Part shown: positions 1 through 10,298 of the stretch, piece by piece | Layout of the letters: each line of letters opens with the position of its first letter | How positions within the stretch are numbered: the first letter of the stretch is position 1 | Assembly (NCBI GenBank): GCA_963663035.1 | Contig: OY760074.1 | Span: 2,752,001 to 2,816,000, forward strand | DNA: 64,000 nucleotides | Direction of reading: 5' to 3' | Source of the DNA: Acidobacteriota bacterium | Lineage (GTDB): Bacteria > Acidobacteriota > UBA6911 > RPQK01 > JADFOI01 | Program-made: the position numbers and the translations under genes | The notes under the pieces: generated by a model | What the model was told of the DNA's origin: nothing | Seen by the model: only the letters and a program-made list of their open reading frames with translations | Database searches by the model: none

Positions 1-149
1 CGCGTAGAAAGGCCCGAAGCAGAGCCTCAACTAAAGTGTGCACTAGCAGAAAGGCGTCCATGTAGCGGCCTTCGCTTAGCGCTTTTGCCGCAGCCTGCTC
101 GTTGGCACGAACCACAAAGGAATAATCGGGTCTTTCCGTTACCACCGAT

Positions 150-452
150 TTATCGTGCCACCTCCAAGGTCTGGATTTTTGCGTAGTCTGTCGAGTGCTC
201 ACGCTCAGCGTCCCACATGTCAATCGCCTTCTGCATGTTGACCCAGAGTGTCGGACCGTTGCCGAAGAGCTTCCCGATCCGGTGTGCCATGTCGGTGCTC
301 ATCGGTCTTCGTCCTTGGCAAATCTCGTTAATGGTCCTGCGCCCGACACCGACAAGATCCGCCACCTGCCCCTGATTGAGTTCCCGAGCCTCGATCTCGC
401 TCCGTAGCAACCTGCCTGGATGCGTCGGTCGCCTCTCCAGATTTCTAGCCAA
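150..452 (-). CDS. higA: HigA-family antitoxin (XRE HTH)
   Basis: PTHPGRLLRSE...GVGRRTINEICQGRRPMSTDMAHRIGKLFG...WVNMQ is typical of HigA. TTG start at 452 with a GGAGGG RBS; lies directly after higB. Confidence 0.9.
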   Translation of the reverse strand: MARNLERRPTHPGRLLRSEIEARELNQGQVADLVGVGRRTINEICQGRRPMSTDMAHRIGKLFGNGPTLWVNMQKAIDMWDAEREHSTDYAKIQTLEVAR

Positions 453-469
453 TGTCCCGCCCTCCGTTC

Positions 470-748
470 TTAGTGATAATCTTCCAGGTCTACCTCTACG
501 GCATCTCCCGCCTCGAATCTGAAGGTAATCCTCCAGTTCTTCGTCACGGTCATTCCCCACTCACCCTTTCGGTTGCCTTTCAGCGGGTGGGTGCCGAGCG
601 TCAGGAGGTTCAAGTCTTCCACTTTCTCTGCTGCGGCCAATGCATCCAGAAGAAGTTCAACCCTGGACCTCCATTGAGGGTTGATCCTCCGGTAGTTTCC
701 ATCTTCAAACGCCCTCCTAAGGACTTTAGAAGCGAAACTCTTGATCAC
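470..748 (-). CDS. higB: HigB (RelE-superfamily) toxin
   Basis: MIKSF...HPLKGNRKGEWGMTVTKNWRITFRF...VDLEDYH, with toxin-first gene order. Confidence 0.92.
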   Translation of the reverse strand: MIKSFASKVLRRAFEDGNYRRINPQWRSRVELLLDALAAAEKVEDLNLLTLGTHPLKGNRKGEWGMTVTKNWRITFRFEAGDAVEVDLEDYH

Positions 749-753
749 AAAAG

Positions 754-780
754 ATAGTGTAACATTAAATGTTACACTAT
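754..780. promoter_or_regulatory. Palindromic operator upstream of higBA
   Basis: ATAGTGTAACATT-A-AATGTTACACTAT: perfect 13-bp arms, 5 bp upstream of the higB start. Confidence 0.7.
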
Positions 781-849
781 AGTCGCCATCACCGGCTACG
801 GCAGCCCGAGGATTATTTCGACATGTTCTACGTGGAAGGCCTTTAGGCT

Positions 850-915
850 ATGCGCTTGTCCTGGAACGAAATTCGTGCGGGCGAGGATCTGTTGGAGAAG
901 GACGAGAACGCATGA
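850..915 (+). pseudogene. 21-codon ORF resembling the N-terminus of MmeI-family (type IIL) R-M enzymes
   Basis: MRLSWNEIRAGEDLLEKDENA*. LSWNEIR matches the MmeI-family start as I recall it. The stop overlaps the next ATG (ATGA). Confidence 0.55.
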
Positions 916-3749
916 GTCACCCGCGCAACACGGAACCGCAAGCGAACGGTGCGCTGGCTCGTGCGCTGAGCCGACGAAATCCCGACTGGAATGATAGGAC
1001 TGTTCACGCCGAGCGGACCAACGTGATTCAGCAAGTTGCGCTAAGCACAGGAGCAGGCAAGAGGCCGGATATTCTCATCGACTCTCCTCGCCGCCAGCCG
1101 GTGATCTTGGAGACGGAGTTCGCCCCTGCACACACGGTTGATCAAGACGCGACCGCCAGACTGGGGACGAGCTTGCACAGCACCGGAGAGGAGATTGAAG
1201 GCGTGCTATCCGTTGTCCTGCCGGAGAGCCTCAAGACAGGCGACCTCGAAACCGTCGACAGAGCTGCGTTCCGATACGCAACGCACTACTTGGACTCCAA
1301 GGGAGATAGCATCCGCTGGCCGCCAGAGCGGGAGTGGCTTGAGGGGGGCGTGGACGATCTCGCGGATGCCATCGAGTACCTGTCCCTTTCGGAACGGCGA
1401 TTGGCTCGAGGGACGGAAGCCCTCGAACAAGTGGTGCGGAGCGCGGCGGAACTGCTAGCCGAGCACGCCGGAGAAGGCCCTCTGGAGCGGATCTCCAGAG
1501 ACTTGCATCAGGAAGCGGGCGAGCAAACCGAGCGCATGGCGGTGGCTATCTGCGTCTCGGCCTTTGTATTCCACGTGGCCATCGAAGGGCAGAAACACAT
1601 CCCGCCTGTTCCGTTAGCGGGCTTCATCGACAAGGGGAGGCTTCTGAGCACATGGAACGCGATTCTCGAAATTAACTACTGGCCGATCTTCAGCATTGCC
1701 TGTGACCTAGTGAAGGAATTACCAATCAAGGCTGTGCCGCCGGTCATGAACCGAATTGCGGAGTCCATCTCCGACTTGGCCCAGCTGGGTGCGACTACCT
1801 ATCACGACCTCACGGGGCGGATGTTTCAGACCCTCATCACAGATCGCAAGTTCCTCGCCACCTTCTACACATTGCCTGAATCTGCCTGCTTGCTCGCGGA
1901 ACTGGCGGTCGATCGGCTGGATGTGGACTGGTCGGACAGGGCCGCTATCGAAGGGCTGCGGATTGCGGACTTCGCCTGCGGCACAGGGGCCTTGCTCTCC
2001 GCTGCGCAGCGTGCAGTCTATCGGCGCTACCGCAGGGCTGGGGGCGATGATAAGGACTTGCATCGACCCCTGATGGAGCACGTTCTGACTGGGCTGGACG
2101 TCATGCCCGCCGCAACCCATCTCACCTGCTCCATGCTGTCCAGTGCCCACCCCTCGCTCGGCTACGGGGAATCACAGATCCACACAATGCCCTACGGCAT
2201 CGACGGCAACAGAACACACATCGGCGCACTCGACCTTCTCAATTCCAGCCATTCCTACTCCCTGTTCGCCACAGGCGAGTCCATGGGCGGAATGAAATCG
2301 AACAGCCGTAGTGGCCACTCCGTCACTATCAAGGATAAGTCCTGCGATCTGGTCATCATGAACCCCCCGTTCACGCGCCCCACGAACCACGAGGCCAGTC
2401 ATGCCGAGATACCGGTTCCATCGTTCGCTGGCTTCAATACGTCGCATGACGAGCAGCAAGCGATGCAACGGAAGCTCAAGAAAGCCACCACCTCCTTGTT
2501 CAGCAGCGGCCACGCCGGCCTTGCGTCGAACTTCATGGACTTGGGACACCGCAAGCTGAAAGATGGCGGCGTGCTGGCCCTAGTTATTCCGTTCGCTTTT
2601 GTCCGGGGCAAATCATGGAAAAAAGCGCGAGAGGCACTGAAGGCTCACTACAGCGACATTCATGTCACGTCCATTGCCGCTACCGGCTCGACGGCACGGG
2701 CATTTTCCGCGGACACTGGCATGGCCGAGTGCCTTGTCGTGGCGACGCGACGAAGTGGGAGCAACTCCTGTGCAGCGTACTCCAATCTACCGGCAAGACC
2801 CTCCTCTCTCCTTGAAGCCGCCGTAGGAGCGAAGACCGCAAGGGGCCAAACCGTGCAGGGCGATATTCTCGACACGGGTGTAGCGGGTGTCCGATCCACA
2901 AGCGTCATCGAGGCGGCCCGTGATTTGGAGGCAGGGAATCTGCGCCTGCCACGGCAGGCACAAGCGGTCAGATTACCCGTGGTGACGCTCGGCACCGTAG
3001 CAGCGCGCGGCCTTGTCCATAGAGACATCAACGGCGGTCCTACGGATCGCAAAAAGGAAGGCCTGGCGCAAGGCCCTTTCATCGTGCGTTCCATCCGCCC
3101 CGGTGAAGTGCCGACTTACCCGATGCTCTGGGCTCATTCCGCCGTCCGGGAGCGCAAGTTCGTAGTGCAGATCGACTCCTGCGGAGATCCCCGCCCGGGT
3201 GACGAAACGCGATCAGCCGAGCGTTGGAATCGAGCGGCATCTCGCCTGCACGCCAACCTGGACTTCCGGTTGAACTCCCAGAGCCTCGCCATGTGCCTCA
3301 CGCCAGAGAAGTGCCTCGGGGGCACGGCGTGGCCGAACATCAATTCCAGGGACGAGCGCCACGAGATTCCGCTGCTCCTGTGGGCCAACTCAACACTGGG
3401 TCTGATCTTATTTTGGTGGAAGGGCACGCGGCAGCAGGCGGGCCGTTCAAGGATGACGATCACAGCGATTCCCGATCTCCCCGTGCTCGACCCGCGCACC
3501 TTGACAGAGGGTCAGACGGATCACTGCCACGCGATCTTCGACGACTTGAAAGATCGCGAGTTCCTTCCCGCGAATGAAGCGTGGCGAGACGAGACGCGCA
3601 AGGATCTCGACCGCGAACTGCTGTTCGGAATCACGAGCGTGCTGCAACTCGACCGGGGCCTAGAGGAGGGGCTAGACCTGCTGCGGAAGCAGTGGTGTGC
3701 TGAGCCATCCGTCCACGGCGGGAAAGGTACTCGAATCGATGTGCCGTGA
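912..3749 (+). CDS. Fused restriction-modification enzyme (type IIG-like): putative PD-(D/E)xK nuclease, N6-adenine MTase and TRD
   Basis: Motif I DFACGTG and motif IV NPPF in gamma-class order; N-terminal RPDILI...ILETE; 945 aa. Confidence 0.8.
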   Translation: MSHPRNTEPQANGALARALSRRNPDWNDRTVHAERTNVIQQVALSTGAGKRPDILIDSPRRQPVILETEFAPAHTVDQDATARLGTSLHSTGEEIEGVLSVVLPESLKTGDLETVDRAAFRYATHYLDSKGDSIRWPPEREWLEGGVDDLADAIEYLSLSERRLARGTEALEQVVRSAAELLAEHAGEGPLERISRDLHQEAGEQTERMAVAICVSAFVFHVAIEGQKHIPPVPLAGFIDKGRLLSTWNAILEINYWPIFSIACDLVKELPIKAVPPVMNRIAESISDLAQLGATTYHDLTGRMFQTLITDRKFLATFYTLPESACLLAELAVDRLDVDWSDRAAIEGLRIADFACGTGALLSAAQRAVYRRYRRAGGDDKDLHRPLMEHVLTGLDVMPAATHLTCSMLSSAHPSLGYGESQIHTMPYGIDGNRTHIGALDLLNSSHSYSLFATGESMGGMKSNSRSGHSVTIKDKSCDLVIMNPPFTRPTNHEASHAEIPVPSFAGFNTSHDEQQAMQRKLKKATTSLFSSGHAGLASNFMDLGHRKLKDGGVLALVIPFAFVRGKSWKKAREALKAHYSDIHVTSIAATGSTARAFSADTGMAECLVVATRRSGSNSCAAYSNLPARPSSLLEAAVGAKTARGQTVQGDILDTGVAGVRSTSVIEAARDLEAGNLRLPRQAQAVRLPVVTLGTVAARGLVHRDINGGPTDRKKEGLAQGPFIVRSIRPGEVPTYPMLWAHSAVRERKFVVQIDSCGDPRPGDETRSAERWNRAASRLHANLDFRLNSQSLAMCLTPEKCLGGTAWPNINSRDERHEIPLLLWANSTLGLILFWWKGTRQQAGRSRMTITAIPDLPVLDPRTLTEGQTDHCHAIFDDLKDREFLPANEAWRDETRKDLDRELLFGITSVLQLDRGLEEGLDLLRKQWCAEPSVHGGKGTRIDVP

Positions 3750-4038
3750 GGACCGGAGCTCCAAAGCCTCCCGAAGCGGAGCTTGTGAAAGGGGTCTCGA
3801 TTGACGGCTATTCGACGTTCCGGGCAACGCGGTTTTCGGAGCCGGTTTGAGGGGCCAAATTCGGGGTGTTTTTCATGCCGCTGGGGGCCGCTTATTTTTT
3901 GCCGCAGGGACAAAGGGGGGGGTACGGCATAAAAAAGCGTGGGGGTGGAACATCCCCACATTCCTTGAACTCTTTTGTTTTCCGTGGTTTGCCCCTACTA
4001 TTCGGCTTCCATAATGACGATACAGAAAAATCCGGGAA

Positions 4039-4137
4039 GACGATAGCGACCCCCCCCGAAACGGGGGTTCCTCCCGGCCCCGTGTAGCGGCGCGATGCGG
4101 CACGCCCCTACACCGGCCCCAGGGGGTCGCTATCGTC
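4039..4137. repeat. Nested inverted repeat upstream of the coupling-protein gene
   Basis: GACGATAGCGACCCCC (4039-4054) pairs perfectly with GGGGGTCGCTATCGTC (4122-4137). Internal hairpins: CCCGAAACGGG and GTGTAGCGGCG/CGCCCCTACAC. Confidence 0.75.
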
Positions 4138-4208
4138 GGTATTTATCCCTGCGGGAAGGCTCGGAAAAGACGCCCCGGAGCGGCGTGGATTAAGCGGAGA
4201 ATGGCCCT

Positions 4209-6500
4209 ATGGAATTGCGGAAGAACTGGCGGAAACTGACCACGGCCTTGAGCCGGTTTTGGCACCGGGAGGCCGGGCCGATGAACTGGAAAAACCCCGT
4301 CCGCGTGACGGCCTATATCGGCTGGGAAGTTTTCAACGGCGTGGCTTTTTTGGTGGGTGAATGGGTCCGGTACGGCGTCCGGGCCGGGCAGATTTTCCTG
4401 GCAATTCCCCCCACCGCGATTCTCTTTTTAGGGGGGGGTTGGTTCGCCGTTTGGAGCTTTGTACGGCGTCCTTTTCCGGCGCTTGAGACGGTCCCATTGC
4501 TCGATCTTTTGGAGTATCACAACCCGAATTTTTACAGCGCCGTGGTCCTCTGGTACTACCTTTCGCCGCTGGTGGCGGTGATGCTGGCCGGGTCTATTGC
4601 CCTGTCCGTTTGGAAGATTTGGATCGAGGCGCGCAAGCGGGATCTTTTGCCCTTCGGGGCGCTTCCCGCTTGGCCGCTTTCGCCGGAGCAGTCCGGCCCG
4701 GAAATCGTCATCGGGGAAGTGCATCATCCGGTCGAACCCAAGGAGATTTTCAACCCCGAATGGCTCACCATCCCGGAGCGCGGACTGTACACCGGCGTCG
4801 CTATTTTCGGAGCGGTGGGGAGCGGTAAAACTTCGGCTTGTATGCACCCCTTCGCCAAACAGCTACTCTCCTGGCAAGCGGACGATCCAGAGAAGCGGGC
4901 GGCGGCGCTCATGCTCGAAGTGAAGGGGGATTTTTGCCATGACATTCGCTCGATCCTGGATGGCGCGGGCCGGGGAGACGACTACCTAGAGATCGGAATG
5001 GGGGGCCTCTGGAAATGGAATCCCCTCTCCGCTTGGTGGCTCGATTCGTACTCGCTGGCCTACACCGTTGCCAGCCTTCTCAATCAACTTTTCGGCAAGG
5101 GCAAGGAGCCTTTTTGGCAGCAAGCCTATACCAATCTGGTGCGCTGGATTATCGAGCTTCACCGGGTGCTACCGGAGCAGTGGGTGACATTGCAGCAGGT
5201 CTATCGATGCGCGATTGACCCGGATCTTTTCGCGGCCAAAATCAAACAGGCCGAGAAGTGGAGCGCGGAGCTTAACACCGGACAGGTTTTCGTGAAAACC
5301 AAAACTTGGAGGCCAAAGATCGTAGACCTTGGAGAGTGGACGTGGACGCCCATACCAGAGACAGAAGAATCGCGGGCCAAATGGAGCCCGGAATTGGAGC
5401 ATAAGCTAAAGGAATTAGGGATCAAGCCTCGTATCGTTTGGGAGCCCGGAGCCGGTGACGATGTGAGAGAGCGGGTGGCCGCTGTGAAGCGGTGGTTTGA
5501 TAATGACTGGCGAAAGCTGGACAACAAAATCAAATCCTCGATTGTCGAAGGCGTTTCCGTATTCCTGTCGATGTTCGATATGCCGGACGTGGCGGCGGTG
5601 TTCTGTCCCCCGCCCCCGGAAGTGTCCGACGATCCCCGGCGCATTGGCCCGAAGGCCAGGGCCGCGATGCTGGCAGAGGCCAAGGGCCAGGGGGAGGCCA
5701 GCGCCGAGAAGAAGGCCCAGGAGTCCCGGCAATGGCCCGGAGATACCATTGCCGGAAGGCCGCGTCACCTGCCCCCGCTCTATGAATTGATCGAGGACGG
5801 CAAGGTGCTGGCCTTGAATATGCCAGCCGGGAGCAACCCGGCGCTGGCCCGCGCCATCGGCGTGATGCTAAAAAACGCATGGCTCCAAGCCTTGCTCATG
5901 CGGCCCGCGCAGATGAAGGAATCCCCAAGTACTTACTTCCGTCCCGCTGTCTTTATTTGCGACGAGTACCAAGCGTTCGCGTCGGTGGGCGAGGACGATC
6001 CCACCGGCGATGAGAAATCCTTTGCTTTAACGCGGCAATGCCGGTGCATCCCGATTGTTGCGACCCAATCCATATCCTCATTGCGGGCTGTGCTGGGCAG
6101 TTCGGAGGCGTGGCGGGCGCTTTTGCAGACACTCCGCACCCGGATCTTTCTATCCTTGAGCGACGACGCTAGCGCCAAGATCGCATCGGAATTGTGCGGG
6201 CAGGTTGCCAAGATCAAAGGATCGTACACGATCAGCGAGACCTCGAAGCGGGCGGGCGTGTCCCCGCTATCGGGCCGGGCCGGTGGAGGCGGCGGGAGCA
6301 TCGGCGCAACCAAGTCTTTCCAGGAGCGCCGGGAGGCCGTCTTTCACCCGCGAGATTTCACCTTGCTTGCGAACTGTCAGGCGATTTGCTTGCCCTATGA
6401 CGGAGCGCAATCGCTGGAACCCCGGAGGGTCTATCTCAAACCTCACTATCTTCCCTTGGATCATTCTTATTGGAGAGCGAAGGAGGCCGGACAGATATGA
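4209..6500 (+). CDS. Type IV coupling protein (TraD/VirD4-like)
   Basis: N-terminal TM segments, Walker A GAVGSGKT, KGD motif, WNPL, FWQQA, Walker B FICDEYQ, VATQSISSL. Start may be 4281. Confidence 0.8.
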   Translation: MELRKNWRKLTTALSRFWHREAGPMNWKNPVRVTAYIGWEVFNGVAFLVGEWVRYGVRAGQIFLAIPPTAILFLGGGWFAVWSFVRRPFPALETVPLLDLLEYHNPNFYSAVVLWYYLSPLVAVMLAGSIALSVWKIWIEARKRDLLPFGALPAWPLSPEQSGPEIVIGEVHHPVEPKEIFNPEWLTIPERGLYTGVAIFGAVGSGKTSACMHPFAKQLLSWQADDPEKRAAALMLEVKGDFCHDIRSILDGAGRGDDYLEIGMGGLWKWNPLSAWWLDSYSLAYTVASLLNQLFGKGKEPFWQQAYTNLVRWIIELHRVLPEQWVTLQQVYRCAIDPDLFAAKIKQAEKWSAELNTGQVFVKTKTWRPKIVDLGEWTWTPIPETEESRAKWSPELEHKLKELGIKPRIVWEPGAGDDVRERVAAVKRWFDNDWRKLDNKIKSSIVEGVSVFLSMFDMPDVAAVFCPPPPEVSDDPRRIGPKARAAMLAEAKGQGEASAEKKAQESRQWPGDTIAGRPRHLPPLYELIEDGKVLALNMPAGSNPALARAIGVMLKNAWLQALLMRPAQMKESPSTYFRPAVFICDEYQAFASVGEDDPTGDEKSFALTRQCRCIPIVATQSISSLRAVLGSSEAWRALLQTLRTRIFLSLSDDASAKIASELCGQVAKIKGSYTISETSKRAGVSPLSGRAGGGGGSIGATKSFQERREAVFHPRDFTLLANCQAICLPYDGAQSLEPRRVYLKPHYLPLDHSYWRAKEAGQI

Positions 6501-7447
6501 GCAACGCGGCCAGCGGGCTTGCACACCTGAAACCTTTTTTGCCAGGGCTTGAACCCCTGCTAGAAGATGCGGAAGTGTCCGAGATCATGATTAACGGCCC
6601 CGGCAATGTTTGGATCGAGGCGCGAGGCCGGTTAACGGCTCATGCCGCGCCGGGGTTGGACGAATCGGCCTTGTTACGGGCGGCTATTCACATCGCCCGT
6701 CCTTTGGGCCTGGACCCGGCCACCACGCCCATCATCGACGCCCGGCTCGATGATGGTTCCCGCGTGGCGATCTGTGTTCCCCCGGCCAGTCCCCACGTTG
6801 CGATCACCATCCGGCGATTCGGCAAGCGGACGTTTAGCGCGGTGGATCTAGTCGAGCAGAAAGCCCTACCGGAAAACGTCTTGAAAGCGGCAGAGCAGGT
6901 GTTGATGACGCGGCGCAACATTCTGGTTTCCGGTGGGACCGGATCAGGCAAGACCACCTTGCTCAATGCCCTCATAGAACTGCTACCCGTTGACGAGCGC
7001 ATTGTGGCACTCGAGGACACGCTAGAGCTTCGCATTGACCACTCGAATTGTGTCCGGTTTGAGGCGCGAGGGTTGCAGGAAGGCGCGGTCACGATCCGCG
7101 ATCTCGTGCGCCATGCCTTGAGGCATCGACCGGATCATATCGTGGTGGGAGAGGTTCGAGGCGGTGAGGCGGCGGACCTGCTGCAAGCCCTCAACACTGG
7201 ACACGGCGGGTCACTCACGACCGTACACGCCAACAATGCGGAGAACGCCTTATCCCGGATCGCCAGTTGCGCCATGCAGGGCGGCGGGGATCTTCCTTGG
7301 GAGGTCACTTGCCGAGGCGTGGTGGATGGGATTGCGATGGTCATTCACATGACGCGGCGCGAGGGGCGGCGCTTTGTCGAGGAAGCCGTGTACGTCAAAG
7401 GTTACGACGCGAAGGAGAACCAATGGAAAATCGAACGGCTGGAATGA
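6497..7447 (+). CDS. VirB11/TrbB/CpaF-family secretion ATPase
   Basis: SEIMING, SGGTGSGKTT, LEDTLEL, LRHRPDHIVVGEVRG, NTGHGG, TVHAN; ATGA overlap with the upstream gene. Confidence 0.92.
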   Translation: MSNAASGLAHLKPFLPGLEPLLEDAEVSEIMINGPGNVWIEARGRLTAHAAPGLDESALLRAAIHIARPLGLDPATTPIIDARLDDGSRVAICVPPASPHVAITIRRFGKRTFSAVDLVEQKALPENVLKAAEQVLMTRRNILVSGGTGSGKTTLLNALIELLPVDERIVALEDTLELRIDHSNCVRFEARGLQEGAVTIRDLVRHALRHRPDHIVVGEVRGGEAADLLQALNTGHGGSLTTVHANNAENALSRIASCAMQGGGDLPWEVTCRGVVDGIAMVIHMTRREGRRFVEEAVYVKGYDAKENQWKIERLE

Positions 7448-7948
7448 ATATCGCTCACAAACTGAAATCCAAACGATCCGCCAAGATCGGGGTTTTGATC
7501 CTGATGGGCGGGATGCTGGCCCTTATCACTCAGGCTCAATTTGAGCCGATTGATGCAACGGTGGTTCGCGTCATTGACGGAGATACCATCCGGGTCCCGG
7601 GTGCAAGGCAAGGAGTACATCGTCCGTCTCATCGGCGTGGACACCCCGGAGACGGTACACCCGACCAAGACCGTGCAGCACTTTGGAGCGGAGGCCAGCG
7701 CCTACACCAAGGCCGCGCTCGAAGCCAAGACGGTGACGCTCGAAGCCGACCCCACCGGCGACACCAGAGACCGCTACGGGCGCTGGCTTCGCTACGTCCT
7801 CCTGGACGGAGACAACTTCAACGCCCGGTTTATCCGCGAGGGATACGGTCACGCCATCAGGAGATTCCGATATTCCTTGAAGGCTCAATTTATCCGGCTT
7901 GAGGACTCGGCCCGTAAAGCGGGCCGGGGGTTATGGTCCCCGCGCTGA
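7444..7948 (+). pseudogene. Thermonuclease (SNase/ParB-like secreted nuclease), frameshifted
   Basis: Signal/TM segment and VVRVIDGDTI in one frame; VRLIGVDTPE...DRYGRWLRYV...ARKAGRGLW in another. One extra C at about 7597 explains the shift and may be a sequencing error. Confidence 0.85.
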
Positions 7949-8360
7949 GGCCGGGTCTCGATCAACACGCCCTCGACGGCGGGGGATCGACTGCGGAGCC
8001 AGATCCGACCGCAAGCGTCAGGCTGCGGGCCTTCTCTCTACGATCCACGGACCGCCGACAAGACGGCGGAGCCGTGGGCGGGGCTTGGATTCCCCCATCG
8101 TGCCGTGCGGCCACCGGAGCATGGGTGGTGTGTCGCCATGTGCCGCTGCCCGTCGCCGGTCCCAGTTTGTCCCGGCGCATGGATCGCGCCAGACCGGGGC
8201 AAGCCCCTTGCCTTTGGCATCTGTCACGCCCCCTGCCTGTTGCCGGTCCTGCCCGTCCCCGGCGGCGGCGGCGCTTTCCTCCGTGTCAAGGTGTCGCCGG
8301 TATCGCCATTCACAGGTGAGCGATAACCGCTCGAACCTTAACTTTAGGAGGAAACACAAA

Positions 8361-8609
8361 ATGGCTAACCAGAAACCCGTTGATGAAATCCGAATCGGGC
8401 GCGTCAAAGCGACAGTTTGGCGCAACGGAACCGAAGACCAGCCCAGGTACAACGTCACCTTCTCGCGGCTCTACAAAGACGGCGATCAATGGAAGAGTAC
8501 GCACAGCTTCGGGCGCAACGACTTGTTGGTGCTTGCGAAAGTGGCCGATCAGGCCCACACGCGCATCTTCGAGCTTTCCCAGGAAAAAGAACAGGAGGCC
8601 GATTCCTAG
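8361..8609 (+). CDS. Small conserved mobile-element protein, possibly ssDNA-binding
   Basis: AGGAGG RBS; KPVDEIRIGRVKATVWRN...YNVTFSRLYKDGDQWKSTHSFGRNDLLVLAKVA. Function is inferred. Confidence 0.7.
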   Translation: MANQKPVDEIRIGRVKATVWRNGTEDQPRYNVTFSRLYKDGDQWKSTHSFGRNDLLVLAKVADQAHTRIFELSQEKEQEADS

Positions 8610-8692
8610 CGGGCAAGTTGCGGGCGGCGGAGCCGGTCCCCGCCGCTCTCCGATCCTTCGGCAAGAAGAATATGAATTATGAGCTACCAACT

Positions 8693-9058
8693 TTACGGCG
8701 CGGTGGGCCTCCGGACTCGCGTTTGTAGTTCATCTGCGACGACGAGACATCCCCGAAACGCATCAAGTGGCCCTTCGCTCAAGACGCGTTCCAGAACCTG
8801 AAGGACGGCCGACCGGCTCCGATTGCGTGCGCGCAGGAGCAAGATCCCGGGATGAGACCCGGGCTTGTACCGTCGAACATCGGCAAAGCCCAAGTCCATG
8901 GTGATGAAGAACCGTCCTTCGCTAGAAACACGCTCCCAGACAACCGGATCAGCCTCTCCGGAAAGCCCCTGATCGTGCACTCGGTCTGCTTGATGACCTG
9001 CCTCTAACAGTAGCGCAACGTGGGAACGGCCGAGATTCTCGTCAAGTTTCACGAGCAT
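8693..9058 (-). CDS. DUF5615 PIN-like toxin
   Basis: KLDENL...AGHQADRVHDQGLSGEAD...ITMDLGF...HPGILLLR; paired with DUF433. Confidence 0.85.
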   Translation of the reverse strand: MLVKLDENLGRSHVALLLEAGHQADRVHDQGLSGEADPVVWERVSSEGRFFITMDLGFADVRRYKPGSHPGILLLRARNRSRSAVLQVLERVLSEGPLDAFRGCLVVADELQTRVRRPTAP

Positions 9059-9062
9059 GGAA

Positions 9063-9428
<366 letters not shown>

Positions 9429-9552
9429 TTATCGAGGAGGTGCCGATGATCTTCATAAGCTTAGTCAGCCCTGCCTCTACAGCCATGTAGCATCCTACTC
9501 AAAAGACACACACCTCACCCACCGAACCCCAATCGTTGACCCCTTTCTTCGT

Positions 9553-9592
9553 GCATGCTATCATGCATCTATGCGTGCATGCGAACATGCTA
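9553..9592. repeat. Putative centromere/operator: five 8-bp-period nCATGCnn units upstream of parA
   Basis: GCATGCTA TCATGCAT CTATGCGT GCATGCGA ACATGCTA. Confidence 0.7.
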
Positions 9593-9641
9593 GGCTACCC
9601 AAAGCCCGAACTGGCTCTGCCCAAACCTCATCCTTTCATCC

Positions 9642-10298
9642 ATGGCAATCAAAGTAGCCGTCGTCTCACAAAAAGGCGGTGTTGGGAAAAGTAGCATCGC
9701 CCGCCTGATCGCCCGCGAGTTCGCTGACAACGGATGGCTCGTCAACATCGCTGATATGGATGTGCAGCAGGCCACCAGCTACCACTGGTTCAAGCGCCGA
9801 GCTGCAAACCAAGTCATGCCGGAAATTCACACCGAAACCTTCACGAGTGTCAGCACCGCTTTGACCGCTGCGGATAAGTTCGACCTGTTTATTTTTGACG
9901 GTGCCCCCCATGCCAGTAGGGCTACCCGCGACATGGCCCGCGCATCCGATTTCGTGATACTCCCCACGGGCCTTGCCGTTGACGATCTTCACCCGCAAGT
10001 GGGCCTTGCCCACGAACTGAGTCACCAGCACGGCGTAGATCCGGAACGGCTCGCCTTTGTCCTTTGGCGTGTTGGCGACAGCAAGATCGAGATACAGCAC
10101 GCAAAGGAATACATCAAAGCGGCAGGATACCAAATGATAGCGGGTGAGGTACCGGAGCGCATCGCCTACCGGCGTGCAAGCGATGCAGGCCGCACCGCCA
10201 CCGAAACCAACTACCAGACCCTCAACCGCCGTGCCGACACCACCGCACAGAGCATCATCGACGCCATAACCAAGATCACTAACAGAAAGGCCTCCTAA
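9642..10298 (+). CDS. parA: ParA-family ATPase (short, type Ib)
   Basis: Deviant Walker A KGGVGKS, ADMDVQQAT, IFDGAP; 218 aa with no N-terminal HTH. Confidence 0.9.
   Translation: MAIKVAVVSQKGGVGKSSIARLIAREFADNGWLVNIADMDVQQATSYHWFKRRAANQVMPEIHTETFTSVSTALTAADKFDLFIFDGAPHASRATRDMARASDFVILPTGLAVDDLHPQVGLAHELSHQHGVDPERLAFVLWRVGDSKIEIQHAKEYIKAAGYQMIAGEVPERIAYRRASDAGRTATETNYQTLNRRADTTAQSIIDAITKITNRKAS

Noticed and set aside
3790-4030. Homopolymer-rich stretch and ORF 3866-4087
   Set aside because: No recognisable product; may be low-quality consensus or a decayed gene.
7267-8609. Long ORF-track calls 7267-7902 and 7899-8609
   Set aside because: Over-extended frames; better explained by the frameshifted nuclease and the 8361 start.
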